From NCBI RefSeq assembly GCF_001194135.2, contig NC_068983.1, positions 43,923,117 to 43,961,059 of the forward strand: 37,943 nt of DNA, in the 5' to 3' direction. The position numbers and the translations under genes are program-made. Within the stretch, counting starts at the first letter, position 1. Each line of letters opens with the position of its first letter. Positions 21,276-33,483 of this stretch are shown piece after piece. Below the pieces are notes generated by a model. That model saw nothing but the letters and a program-made list of their open reading frames with translations. It was not told where the DNA came from and did no database searches. Source of the DNA: Octopus bimaculoides (taxonomy: Eukaryota).

Positions 21276-21639
21276 CGACATCACTGTTCTCAGCATCACC
21301 ACAAACCACATCCACTGCTATCTCAAAACAGGACAACAACCACAGCCCAGCTCAATGCATACCAAGTCATTTTTCAGGGACAGTCTTAACATTTCACCAC
21401 CTTCTTTAACTGCTCACCCACCCCCAAATGACCCTTGGGTACCCTTAATAGAGTCCACCCTGTTGCAAACATTTGGGTCAGGTGTCTAGATTTGCAATAA
21501 CTTCCCCACTTACTCTCCAGATCAAATTATAAGAAAGTAAATCTTTAATCTATCATTTTTTGGGGGGGTTCAGTCATAGGAATGCAGCCATGCTGGAGTA
21601 CCACCTTAAAGGGTGTAGTCAAATAAATTGCTATTGTTG

Positions 21640-21950
21640 TTGTTGTTGTTTGTTCCTTCTTGAGCCATGCTTGGCTCATAAGGGTCGGTTTCCCGGTTTC
21701 ATTGGTGTTTAGGCTCTCCACCTGGATGGGACACCAGTCCATTGTGGGTGAGTTGTTGGATGCAGGAGGAAAGAGTGAGAGAAAGTTGTGGCAAAAGAGT
21801 CAGCAGAAGTTCACCATTACCTTCTGCCAGAGCCGTGTGGATCTTATGTGTTTTGCTCATAAACACACACATATCGCCCAGTCAGAGATTCGAACCCGCA
21901 ATCCCTTGACTGCAAGTCCGCTGCTCTAACCACTAGGCCATGTGCCACTA
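21640..21950 (-). mobile_element. Full-length tRNA-derived SINE (family-D-like head, different tail, (CAA)n end)
   Basis: Minus strand tggcctagtggttagagc (A box), ggttcgaatc (B box), ccacaactttctctcactc centre, tail gaaaccgggaaaccg...aaacaacaacaac. Confidence 0.8.
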
Positions 21951-21954
21951 CTAG

Positions 21955-22250
21955 TTGAATAAATTGATTCCAGTATCTGTTTTTTATGTCTGGTACCTAT
22001 CAGTCTCTTTTGCTGAACTGCTAAGTTACAGAGATATAAAGAAACCAAAACCGGTTGTCAAGCAGCGTGGGAGGGGCAATACAAACTCAAGGGAACTCAC
22101 ACACATGATGAGCTTCCTTACAGTTTCCATCAACCAGATTCACTCACAAGGTACTGGTTAGCCTAGAGCTACACTAGAAGATGCTTGTCCAAGGTGGCTT
22201 ACAATGGGACTGAAACTGAAACCATGGGTTTGCAAAGCAAGCTCCTAACT
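21955..22250 (-). mobile_element. SINE family A, degenerate
   Basis: Reverse complement of tail, centre and head. Confidence 0.7.
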
Positions 22251-22786
22251 TGATGCCCATAAAAAATAAGGTGGGGGGCTGCTAATTTGTTGAGACCTTG
22301 ACAAATATTTTGAAGATTAACTCAGAAAACCATTGAAAACAGCTAAACAAGGAGTAAAGATAATCTCCTTAGGAATGTCACTAATCTCACCGCCACCCCC
22401 ACTCCTTCTCCTTCGTCCACATTCCACACATTATACAATATCATTCCTGAGAAGAAAGTCTCCCAGTGGCACCTGTATGATGGACTTACACACACATATA
22501 CTGACATGTATACATAAAAATATAGCCATAAATATGCACACACACGCATACACACACACATATATATATATGTACATGCATATGTGTATGCATGTATGTA
22601 AGTATACATATACATATATATCTTTTGCATACATACAACATGTCTGTGTCTACATATATATATATATATATATATATANNNNNNNNNNCCATAAATATGC
22701 ACACACACGCATACACACACACATATATATATACAAGCACAGACATGCACATGCGTGTGCACACACACATACACACAGATATATTG

Positions 22787-23017
22787 AAGGCGGTGAGCTT
22801 GCAGAAGCGTTAGCACGCCGGGCGAAATGCTTAGTGGTATTTCGTCTGTCTTTACGTTCCGAGTTCAAATTCCGCCGAGGTCGACTTTGCCTTTCATCCT
22901 TTCGGGGTCGATAAATCAAGTACCAGTTACGCACTGGGGTCGATGTAATCGACTTAATCCCTTTGTCTGTTCTTGTTTGTCCCCTGTGTTTAGCCCCTTG
23001 TGGGCAATAAAGAAATA
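22787..23017 (+). mobile_element. SINE family C, full length, little diverged
   Basis: aaggcggtgagcttgcagaa head, gagttcaaattcc B box, ctttcatcctttcggggtcgataaa.aagtacc centre. Confidence 0.85.
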
Positions 23018-23618
23018 ACAGATGTATGTGTGTATATGTATGCATGTATGAGTGAGTGAGTAAGTGAGTGAGTGAGTGAATGAGCATGTGTGTGTGTGTG
23101 TGTGTGTGTGTTTGTGTGTGTATGCACGCATGCATGTATTTGAGATTTATTTCAGATTTTCTTTTTCAGAATTGAAGCTGGTGACTAACAAAGTGAGAAG
23201 GAAAGTCTTTTGTTTAAGTGAAGACAGCTCTTGGGGGTTTGTGGATACCTGATCTGGTTAGTGTGTGCATTTATGTATATGAATGTGAACATGTATGCGT
23301 GTATGTGTGGCTAAACTTGCATTCATGTAATGAACATGCATGACTCCTTAGTATACAAGTATGTGTGTGAGTCATTACACATTCTGTGTAGGTGAATAAG
23401 CTATAGTGATGTGCAAGTGTGAGCAAAATTTAATCCTAGCAAACTCAAACAAAGAATCCCTGGAATGTTTTAATAATTGTCTTGGTATCACTAATTAATT
23501 ATTTCGAGAATGCAAATCAGTTTGCTTCGTTTGGTGGACAAAGTTACGAAGTAAAAATATTTTTTTACTTTACTTTCCATCAAGAATCTCTTTCTAGTTA
23601 ATGCTCTTGTAGTTAATT

Positions 23619-23962
23619 TTTACTCTTTTACTTGTTTCAGTCATTTGACTGCGGCCATGCTGGAGCACCACCTTTAGTCAAGCAAATCGACCCCAAGACT
23701 TATTCTTTGTAAGCCTAGTACTTATTCCATCAGTCTCTTTTGCTGAACCGCTAAGTTACGGGGACGTAAACACACTGGCATCAGTTATCAAGCAATGTTG
23801 GGGGGGGGGGGACAAACACAGACACACAAACACATATATATATATACATATACACGACGGGCTTCTTTCAGTTTCCGTCTACCAAATCCACTTGCCCAAG
23901 GTGCCACACAGTGGGACTGAACCCGGAATCAGGTGGTTGGTAAGCAAGCTACTTACCACACA
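23619..23962 (-). mobile_element. SINE family A, full length
   Basis: ttttactcttttacttgtttcagtc tail through gggactgaaccc...acttaccacaca head. Confidence 0.85.
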
Positions 23963-24005
23963 AGATCATATACATGCTTGAGTGCGTGTATATATATATA
24001 TATAT

Positions 24006-24190
24006 TATCATCATCATTGTCATCGTTTAATGTCTGCTTTTCATGCTAGCATGGGTTGGACAGTTTGACTGAGGACTGGCAAGCCAGGAGGCTGCACCAA
24101 GCTCCAATCTGATCTGGCAAGGTTTCTATAGCTGGATGCCCTTCCTAACACCAACCACTTTGGGAGTGTAGTGGGTGCTTTTTACGTGCT
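24006..24190 (-). mobile_element. RTE-LINE 3' end
   Basis: (CAT)n tail and core. Confidence 0.85.
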
Positions 24191-24214
24191 ACTATATATA
24201 TAGTAACTATTATT

Positions 24215-24255
<41 letters not shown>

Positions 24256-24999
24256 NNNNNNNNNNTTTTTTTTTTTTTTCTTTCCAGAAATGTTGACATC
24301 GGATGGTAAATAATTGAATAAATGGAATATAAATCTGTCGAGTTCAAAGTCTCTATCCCTTTTAAATATACAAATATATATATACACACACTTTCTTAAT
24401 TGAAAATGAAACCTGAAACTGAGAGTTTGTCAAGCAACTTGAGCTTCATGCCACTGTGATCTTCAGGTGAGAACAGTGGTATGAAACTAGAGTTGTGAGA
24501 CAAACTCTGTTTCAGTTTCAATGAAAAGAAACCCATATCAACAATATCCCTTGAGCACTCTTCTCTCATTCATCCAACATAAACCAACATACACACACAC
24601 ACACACACATGTATGTGTGTGTATATAGACATGCAAACACACACATACACACACACACAAAATGTGTGTATTTTTGTTGATAAAACCCTGCACAAGGGTG
24701 AAAAAAATTGAGTAATAAATCAGTGTTGAACAAAAGAATCTTGTAATTAATCCAACTCAAGCACGCCCTTGTTATTGGATCCATTGGCAAAGCAGAAAAC
24801 CATTGCTCAATTTATGAGAAACATGAAACCAATGATGCCATTCTAAATTTAAATTCATGAAATGAAATAAAAAAAAAAAGAAGATAAAATTATTTTGTCT
24901 CAATGATAAATAAAATCTTGTCCATCACTTGCAATTGAGAATGACATTGTATACAGTGACATGCTTTCATTAAGTGTGTTTGAAGCATGTAATAATAAT

Positions 25000-25480
25000 G
25001 GTTTCAAATTTTGTCACAAGGCCAGCAATTTTGGGGCAGCAGTGCTGCCTGACTGGTACCCATGCTGGTGGCAGGTAAAAGGCACCATTGATGCCAGTAC
25101 TGCCTGACTAGCCCTCATGCCAGTGGCACGTAATAAGCACCCACTACAATCTTGGAGTGGTTAGTGTTAGGAAGGGCATCCAGCTCTAGAAACTCTGCCA
25201 GATTGGATTGGAGCCGGGTGCAGCCTTTTGGTTTGCCAGCCAAACCATCCAACCCATGCCAGCATAGAAAGCGGACATTAAGCGACAATGATGATAATGA
25301 TGATGAGGTAAGTTGATTACATCGACCTCAATGCTCAACTGGTACTTGTTTTATCAACCCCAAAAGGATGAAAGGCAAAGCCAGCCACAGCAGTATTTGA
25401 ACTCAGAATATAAGGATGGATGAAATGCTACTAAACATGGCACCCAGCATGCTAACAATTCTACCAGCTTACCATCTTAA
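25000..25480 (-). mobile_element. SINE family C interrupted by a + strand RTE 3' end (25041-25305)
   Basis: SINE segments ...aattttggggcag and ggtaagttgattacatcgacc are contiguous in the intact copy at 12290-12360. Confidence 0.7.
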
Positions 25481-25706
25481 GACCTATTGACCTGGGGCTT
25501 AGCAACGAAAACAACTATTATTACCATTAATGAGAGCACCTCTACTAGGATGCTCAGCTTGCTAGAAACAACAGCAAATGTCCTTTAAATTACACTCATT
25601 GTAAAAACCAAATGACTATGCTAAGATACACTTACATAGGGGGTAGAAAGATATGATAGATAGGTCTGTTCAGAGTTGACATGGAATTAAGCAACTACAA
25701 CACCCA
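25479..25706 (+). repeat. Dispersed ~230 bp direct repeat, copy 1 (copy 2 at 27130-27374)
   Basis: Shared ctctactagg.tgctcag..tgctagaaaca.cagcaaatgtcc...ataggtctgttcagagttgacatggaa.taa.caactacaacaccca. Confidence 0.75.
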
Positions 25707-25887
25707 GGTCATGCTGGAGCACCACCTTTAGTCGAATAAATCGACCCTAGGACTTATTCTTTGTAAGCCTAGTACTTATTCTATCAGTCTCATTTTGCCG
25801 TACCACTAAGTGACGGGGACGTAAACACACCAGCATCGGTTGTCAAGCGATGGTGGGAGGACAAACACAGACACAAACAACAAACAT

Positions 25888-25968
<81 letters not shown>

Positions 25969-26125
25969 CGACGGGTTTCATTCAGTTTCCGTCTACCAAA
26001 TCCACTCTCAAAGTTTTGGTCAGCTCGAGGCTATAGTAGAAGACACTTGCCCAAGGTGCCATGCAGTGGGGCTGAACCCGGAACCATGTGGTTGGGAAGC
26101 AAACTTCTTAGCACACAGTCACTCC
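25707..26125 (-). mobile_element. SINE family A with expanded internal (CA)n(TA)n
   Basis: Tail, microsatellite, centre and head all present. Confidence 0.85.
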
Positions 26126-26544
26126 TGCGCCTATGATAGGATTATTTTAAATGTCAAATGGCCATTTGAATAAAATAGCAATCAAAGGCTCCATAGGTTA
26201 TATGTAGTTGAGAATCACTGATCTAGTGGAACATTGAGGATGTGACAACAGGAGGGAAAGAGGGATGGCTGTACCAGTACTTATTTGGTATCTATTTTCA
26301 TCAGAGTGAACTGAAACAGCATGAAATAATATGTCCTGCTCAAAGACACAGTATACTGCCCAACCCAGGAATTAACCCTACGACCTTCTGATCAGCTGAA
26401 AATAAATACTAACAAACTACTGGTGCACCCTGCCCTCTCTCTCTCTCTCTCTCTCTCATTCTTGCTATCACATCCATGACGTTCTGCCAGATGACATGTG
26501 GGAGTGTCAAAAGAATTTTTGTCAATTCGTGACTCTAAAGTTGC

Positions 26545-26660
26545 AGGCGTGGTTCAAAACCACATGGTTTCAGATTGGGAAAGTATCTTCTACTATAACT
26601 CTGGGTCAACCAAAACCCTGTGAATGGATTTGGTAGACAGAAGCTGAAAGAAGCCCATCA
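26545..26660 (+). mobile_element. SINE family A, partial
   Basis: accacatggtttcag...gtatcttctactataac...ggatttggtagacagaagctgaaagaagccc. Confidence 0.65.
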
Positions 26661-26719
26661 TATCTATCTATCTGTCTTTCTGTTTCTGTCTCTTGATACA
26701 TAAGAAAATATATATGAGA

Positions 26720-27036
26720 AGAAGAGCCATCGAGCCGAGCAAAATCGCAGTCGTGACAGATACTGGTGTCATGCAAATTAGCACCCATGCTGGTGGCATG
26801 TAAATGTGCCCCAGTGTCACACAAATAGCACCCATACTGGTGGTATGTAAAAGCACCCATTACACTCTCAGAGTGGTTGGCATTAGGAAGGGCATCCAGC
26901 CGTAGAAAACCATGTCAAATCAGACTGGTGACTGGTGCAACCGCTCAGCTTACCAGCTCTGGTCAAACTGTCCAACCCATGCCAGCATGGACAACAGACG
27001 TTAAATGATAATGATGACGATGATGATGATGATGAT
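26720..27036 (+). mobile_element. RTE-LINE 3' end
   Basis: gagaagaagagccatcgagccgagcaaaatcgcagtcg, tandem units, core, (GAT)n. Confidence 0.8.
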
Positions 27037-27129
27037 ATATATACACACATGTATGTATGTGTGTGTGTATGTGCGCGCGTGTAATAAGTTACTGATGGAG
27101 CCATGAATTAAAATTGTACACTACTTTTG

Positions 27130-27374
27130 AAGACTATTGACTTGGGGCCAAGCAACACAAACAACTACTACTACCATTAAGGAGAGAGAGGGCCTCTACT
27201 AGGTTGCTCAGACTGCTAGAAACAGCAGCAAATGTCCTTCAAATTACAGTCATTGTAAAAAGCAAATGGCTATGCTATCTAAGATACACCTACATAGGGA
27301 GTGGTCATGGGTAGAATGATATGATAAATAGGTCTGTTCAGAGTTGACATGGAACTAAACAACTACAACACCCA
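27130..27374 (+). repeat. Dispersed direct repeat, copy 2
   Basis: See 25479-25706. Confidence 0.75.
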
Positions 27375-27919
27375 GAGTATTTACCTACCACCACTCCCTG
27401 TAAACACCTTATAACTACTGACAATACAATACATCGGTGAAATACCTTGATTGAATCCCTCAAGTATGTCCTACTACTCCCAAGAATGTCATCTAAAGCA
27501 TGCAGGATGAGTTCACACTCAATCTGCATGACTGAAAAACGCCTCCCACCTCTCTCTTTCCCTATCTATCTGTCTGTCTGTCAATCTATCTATCAATCTC
27601 CTGCCCTTTCGCTCTCTCTCTCTTTTACCCTCTCCAACAGGTGTAGCCCATATCAAATGCAGCTGAGGCTCCAGTTTTAATACTTTCCGCTGCGCAACAG
27701 GTCACGCGAGTCATTCTACACACATCACGTTTTTGCGTGTATGGGAGTATGTGCATGAGTGTGTATGTATGTATGTGCGTGTATTTAAAACACACACATA
27801 TTCATCAACTATGGTTTTACATTAAGTTAGGCAATTTCCAGTCTATTTAAAGATGTAGTAGAAAACTCACGCTATGTAGGTAAGAAGACATTTTCACACA
27901 CAGACATAGATATGAGTGT

Positions 27920-27987
<68 letters not shown>

Positions 27988-28112
27988 GTATAAACATATA
28001 GATAGATAGATAAGTGAGAAAACTGGAGTCAACAAGAAGGAGTACAACAGACAGAGAGAATGTTCTCAAACCCGAGGATTTTGAACTTATGAAGACAATA
28101 TTTACATAGGCA

Positions 28113-28440
28113 TAGGAGTGGCTGTGCGGTAAGTAGCTTGCTTACGAACCACATGGTTCTGGGTTCAGTCCCACTGCGTGGCACCTTGGGCAAGTGTCTT
28201 CAANNNNNNNNNNGTTCAGTCCCACTGCGTGGCACCTTGGGCAAGTGTCTTCAACTATAGCCTCGGGCCGACCAAAGCGTTGTGAGTGGATTTGGTAGAC
28301 GGAAACTCAATGATACATGTGTACATGTGTGTGTTTGTGTCCACCCTTGTCTTGACATCACGTAATGGTTGTAAACAAGCATCACCGTCATACAAGTGGT
28401 GTTTGTTCCCAGTCTTCCATGAAGAACATGCCTGGTCACA
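28113..28440 (+). mobile_element. SINE family A head joined to the alternative ((GAT)n-family) tail module
   Basis: ggagtggctgtgcggtaag head, then cttgtcttgacatcacgtaatggttgtaaac...catgcctggtca instead of the usual tail. Confidence 0.7.
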
Positions 28441-28760
28441 CAACTGGTACTTAATTTATTGACCCTGAAAGGATGAAAGGCAAAGTCAACCTTGGAGGAA
28501 TTTGAACTCAGAAGGTAAAGGCAGACAAAATACTGCTAAGCATTTTGCCCGGTATGCTAACGTTTCTGCCAGCTTGCTGCCTTTAAAATATTCTTTTCTA
28601 CTCTAGGCACAAGGCCCAAAATTTAGGGGGAGGGGGCCAGTCGATTAAATCGACCCCAGTACGCAACTGGTACTTAATTTACTGACCCTGAAATAATGAA
28701 AGATAAAGTCAACCTCGGTGGAATTTGAACTCAGAACGTTTCTGCCAGCTCGCTGCCTTT
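28441..28760 (-). mobile_element. Two tandem SINE family C copies
   Basis: Two caactggtacttaattta.tgaccctgaaa...gaatttgaactcagaa...ctgccagct.gctgcctt units. Confidence 0.8.
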
Positions 28761-29494
28761 TTCCAGGTTTGATATTACAACATTAACACCTTCTACTCTA
28801 CCTCATGTCAGTGACTGCTTACATGATCAGAATTTGATGGTAACACCCAACTTTAACTGGAGCTAGTAATAAAATAAACTAGCATAATTTTACTGTATAT
28901 ATTGAAATACTTTATGTTGATGTGTTCTATATTCTTTCTTTTTATGCTGTTTTTTTTCTCTTCTTTAGACAGGAAGAGAAGCTAAGAACATTGCCTTTTT
29001 CTATTGTTGCACATTAAATGTCAGTTTTTCAATGTATAATGCATCAAATAATTTAAATATTTCAATTTTCTGTGCATGAAGTTATTACCAATTTGGACTC
29101 TGTTCTCTGTCAACGCCCACGCCACCCAATTATACTAATTGTGTGTGTGTGTGTGTGTCTCTATACTATGTATGTATGTTTTGATATTATTTAAAATTCG
29201 TCTGTTTCCACTTCCTACTTTTTGTACAGCACATGTACAGAATTTAAGATGGATCTTGTTAGGGCCTGAAGTCAAGTCACATAATTTGACTAGTTTATAC
29301 ATATTCAAATGTAAGACAATGGTAAAAAAAATTTTTTTTTTAAAGGAAAGAATTTGTCTTTTTAATTTGAATTATAATGCAAACTTAAAATTATTTCTTT
29401 TCCATCCAGACCTCCTTCTGTGCAGATGTGTACTGGGGGGTTTTTATGATGATAAGATGATTATATACACTCAACTGACATTATTATCATAAAA

Positions 29495-29655
29495 GTAACA
29501 AGCTGGCGGAATCATTTCAAATTCCGCTGAAGTCAACTTTGCCCTTCCTCTTCTTGAGTTCGATAAAATGAGTACCAGCTGAGCACTGGAGGTCGATGTA
29601 ATTGACATACCCCCTCCCTTCAAGTTACTGGCCTTGTATCAAAATTTGAAACTGT
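29495..29655 (+). mobile_element. SINE family C, degenerate
   Basis: aagctggcggaatc...ttgcccttcctcttcttgagttcgataaaatgagtaccagctgagcactgg. Confidence 0.65.
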
Positions 29656-29829
29656 TATTATTATTATTATATATCTTAATCAGGACACTAAGGGCAGTGG
29701 ACTGGTGAAGTCATTAGAGAATTGGAAAGAAGATACCACTTAAAAGCTCCCAGTCCACACTGAAAATTGGTTGGTCATCGGGAGGGCATCCAGCTATAAA
29801 AACCTTGCCAAAACTGACCTTGGCTGTTC

Positions 29830-30050
29830 ATGTGCCACATAAAAAGCACTACTCACCTTGCCTGTGCTTGTGCTGCATAAAAAGCACTGAGTCCACTCTC
29901 CTTAGTGGTTGGTGTTAGGAAGGGCATCCAGCCGTAAAAATCCTGCTAAAACAGTCACAGAAGTCTGGTGCAGGCTTTGGCCTGGCCAACTCTTGTGGTA
30001 CCGTCCCACCCATGCCAGCATAGAAGGCGGATTTTAAACGATGATGATAT
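29830..30050 (+). mobile_element. RTE-LINE 3' end
   Basis: Core and gatgatgat tail. Confidence 0.75.
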
Positions 30051-30389
30051 TTGATGAATTTTGACACATACACACTCACAGAGTATTGATCAGCCCAGGA
30101 GCTTCTTAGGGAACCACAAACCCATATATACGTGTGTATGTGTGTGTGTGCAGCGCACACACATACACACAAACAAACACATGCATATATATATATATAT
30201 ATGGTAAAGTTGTCAAATATGTATACAAACAATAATCTCTGGTACAAACACAGAAGGGTCTACAGAGCCACAATATGGCTGACTCTCCAAACATCCACAA
30301 GAATTCTAAAGGATGGTAGTTTATTGTTTATAAAATATACCATAAAATGAAAATTGTCATCTAGAGAATCACAGCTTACCCCACTGGTT

Positions 30390-30700
30390 CATCAGCATCA
30401 TCATCATTTAACGTCCGTAGTCCATGCTAGCATGGGTTGGATGGTTTGACCACGGCTGGTAAGCTGGAAGGCTGCACCAGACTCCAGTCTGATTTGGCAT
30501 GGTTTTCTATGTCTGGATGTCCTTCCTGATGCCAACGACTCCGAGAGTATAATGGGTGCTTTTATGTGCCACTGGCACAGGTGCCATTTACATGACACCA
30601 ATATCTGCTCTGACTGCGATTTTACTTGGCTTGATGGGTCTTTTTCTCAAGCATGACATAATGCCAAAGATCTCAGTAATTGCCCCGTGAGGCCCAATGC
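30390..30700 (-). mobile_element. RTE-LINE 3' end including last ORF2 codons
   Basis: (CAT)n tail, core, then on the minus strand gcattgggcctcacgg...gcttgagaaaaagacc. Confidence 0.8.
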
Positions 30701-31396
30701 TCGAAAGAAACTCATAAACTAATACTTACTCTCCATATGTGGAATCCACAAATGTCTGCAAAATTTCTAAGGTGTGTTGTGTTATGTCTATGAAATATAT
30801 CATACAATGATAATTTATTCAGTTTCATTCATCTTAGTCATCACTTATGCAAATGATGGTTTATTTGTAAATTAGGTGGATGTAGCATGTTGTCTATGCA
30901 TGGTCCTATTTGTTTTGTACTGAAAATAATTGTTTTAACGTCCCCGTTTTCATGCTTGCATGAGTCAAATGGAATTTGTTGAGGCGAATTTTCTACAGCC
31001 AAACACCTTTCCTGTTGCTAACCTTCACCAGCTTAATTTAGTTCATCCTTAGTCGAAAGACACCTGTTGTTATGTCCTGTTAATTGCATTTGTATTTGTG
31101 TAACAATTCTCTGTTTTTTTTCTGTCCTTGTTTTCGTATGCATTCGCTGCTTTCGTCCAAGGAATCTAATGCTCTTATCTTAGTTTTTCCTTGGGCCTGG
31201 CCAGATTGGAGCAATCTCGAGTATAACCAGCCGAAATTGCAAAGATAATCTGGAACTCGACTGAGGATAGAAAACTCCGAATGACTCGTCCTTGTTTTCT
31301 TTGTATCATCCGTCTGGATGTTTTGCGTTCTTGTCACATTTTTGCTTTTTTTATATATAGAATATAGTGGCGTACGTACACTTTGGTCTCTTATAA

Positions 31397-31430
<34 letters not shown>

Positions 31431-31515
31431 CCTTCCCAAAACTGACCTCGCCTGAGCTTGGGCCATGTAAAAAGTTCTAAGTCCACTCTGTTGGGTGGTT
31501 GGCGTTAGGAAGTTA

Positions 31516-31818
31516 CAGCATCGGTTGTCAAGCGATGGTGGGGGGACAAACACAGACACACATACATATATGTATGGTTGATTTATGTATCTTTATGGAT
31601 ATATTTTATTACGTGTATGGTTGTATATAGATAGATAGATACATACATATAAACAGACAGACACACACACGACAGGCTTCTTTCAGTTCCCGTCCATCAA
31701 ATACTCTCATAAAAGCTTTGGTCGCCCCGAGGCAGTATTGGAAGACACTTGCCCAAGGTGCCATGCAGTGAAACTGGACCCAGTTGGGAAGCAACTTCCT
31801 ACGACATAGTCACGCCTA
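31516..31818 (-). mobile_element. SINE family A, partial
   Basis: gcatcggttgtcaagcgatggtggggggacaaac...caggcttctttcagtt...acacttgcccaaggtgcc. Confidence 0.75.
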
Positions 31819-33274
31819 CGGTTATATCTCTGCCTACCTAGCTAGCTATTTATTTAAACACTATACAATCGCGCGCGCGCAAACACACACACATGAAAGT
31901 TCATACATACACAATAAGTACATACCATTAATAACCAGCAATTACAAAGGATATAACTTTCTATTTATATTTTCCTTTCTCAAAACCCTTATCTGACTCA
32001 ATCTATGTAAGTTTGTTGGCAAGAGAAACAGTGCCTGAACTTTGTATATTTGAATGTATTTATTGTATGTATAATGGGTATGTATATGTTTTAGTGTACA
32101 TGTGTACGGAAGTATACAGGATCCGTTCCACACAAATACACGCGAACAGAAAAATACATTTACACGTACCGGTATATATATACACAAATATACATACATT
32201 TATACAAATGCTAATGTTATAGATTTTCCAGGCTGGTTTATTATAAAAGAAATTCTCTTCTAAGTAGAAAACCAATAAGGGAAAACGTACGAGAGAATAG
32301 ACATAAAATGAATAAGTATTTATGGATGACAGAAAAATTGCTTAGTAGAATGAATAAATTAAACACGTTGTTGTATATATGGTTGGATAAAACAGACGGG
32401 GTATAAAAAGAAAACATATCTGTAAGACACTGTTGAATAGTTTCCTACTCTGATAAAATCTCAAAGAACAGGCTAATTATTGTGTATTTAATTTATTTAT
32501 ATTTTTATCTTTATAAATGCTTTAACGAAAGTCTGGTAAAGTTTTGTTAACGCGTTTTTGGCGGGCATTTTGTCTTTCGAGAAGCCATTTTATGTCTTGA
32601 CAGACAGGTAACAACAAGGTGTTTAAAATACGTAAATAAATTACAAAAGTTGCAACAGTTGAACTGAGCCATTGAAGCAAATTAAATTCCTTTCTTCGTT
32701 AGAGTCATCCTGTCTGTTAGATGGTACTTTTTTTCTTACATATATAATACTTGTCTTATTCTTAAACTGACTTAAGTACACTAAACAATGATATACGGTT
32801 GGGTATTCACTAAAAGCTGGATATTCGCCGATTTATGTATCTTTATGGATATATTTTATTACGTGTATGTGTGTGTGTCTGTGTAGGTATTCGTAAATGT
32901 ATCTAATTTTCTGTTGGTAAATAGCGTGAAAGCGTGAACGTATATTACGTGTATGAATGTATGTAGGATGTATACACATTACATTAAGTGTATACGTGTG
33001 TGTAAGTATTCGTAGATTTATCAATATTTCTATATGTAAATATACAACTTGTATGTATGAATGTGTATATGCGGAGGATGTATAAATATAACAGTGTGTG
33101 TGTGTGTAATATTAGCGGGTAAAGAGAATAAGGAGAGAAGAGGAAGAGTAGAAAAAGCAAGGAGGAGGAGAAGAGGAAGATACGAAGACATGAAAAAGAT
33201 AAAAAAATAATAATAAAACGTTGAAGTGTGGAAAACGTCTTAACTTTTAGCCTCACTTTTTAATATATACATAT

Positions 33275-33301
33275 ACTAGTCTTACTACCAGCGTTGCTCG
33301 G
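33275..33301 (-). mobile_element. Possible Helitron 3' terminus
   Basis: Minus strand ccgagcaacgctgg hairpin, 8 nt spacer, then CTAG|T; 5' end not identified. Confidence 0.35.
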
Positions 33302-33483
33302 TAACGTATTCACGGAATTGTTTGCCATTTTGTAGAATGGGAATTCACGGTACTAATGCATGTTTATATATACTTAGCCTAACTTCTGGACTTATTTAAT
33401 TGGAACTATCCTAACAATAGTAATCAATTTACATGAGTAGACGCCTTTTTTAAACAATTTTTATCCTGAAAATCACCTGTTAC

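Noticed and set aside
21027-21489. Poly-Asp/Ser/Ile ORFs after a hydrophobic stretch, resembling an acidic matrix protein
   Set aside because: Explained by a trinucleotide microsatellite; no splice context or recognisable domain.
21870-21950. tRNA-like cloverleaf with A and B boxes
   Set aside because: It is a SINE head continuing into repeat body; no acceptor-stem 3' strand, so not called a tRNA gene.
24410-24830. Possible minus-strand leader exons for the lactamase-like gene (MGFFSLKLK...SVS|gt at ~24530-24410; acceptor near 24843)
   Set aside because: Weak donor and no signal-peptide character; cannot be supported without transcripts.
31050-31400. Repeat-like segment with ctgagga...gaa and cagccgaaat, suggestive of a Penelope-associated hammerhead
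   Set aside because: Could not assemble the CUGANGA/GAAA core with three stems; the 159-aa ORF over it is unrecognisable.
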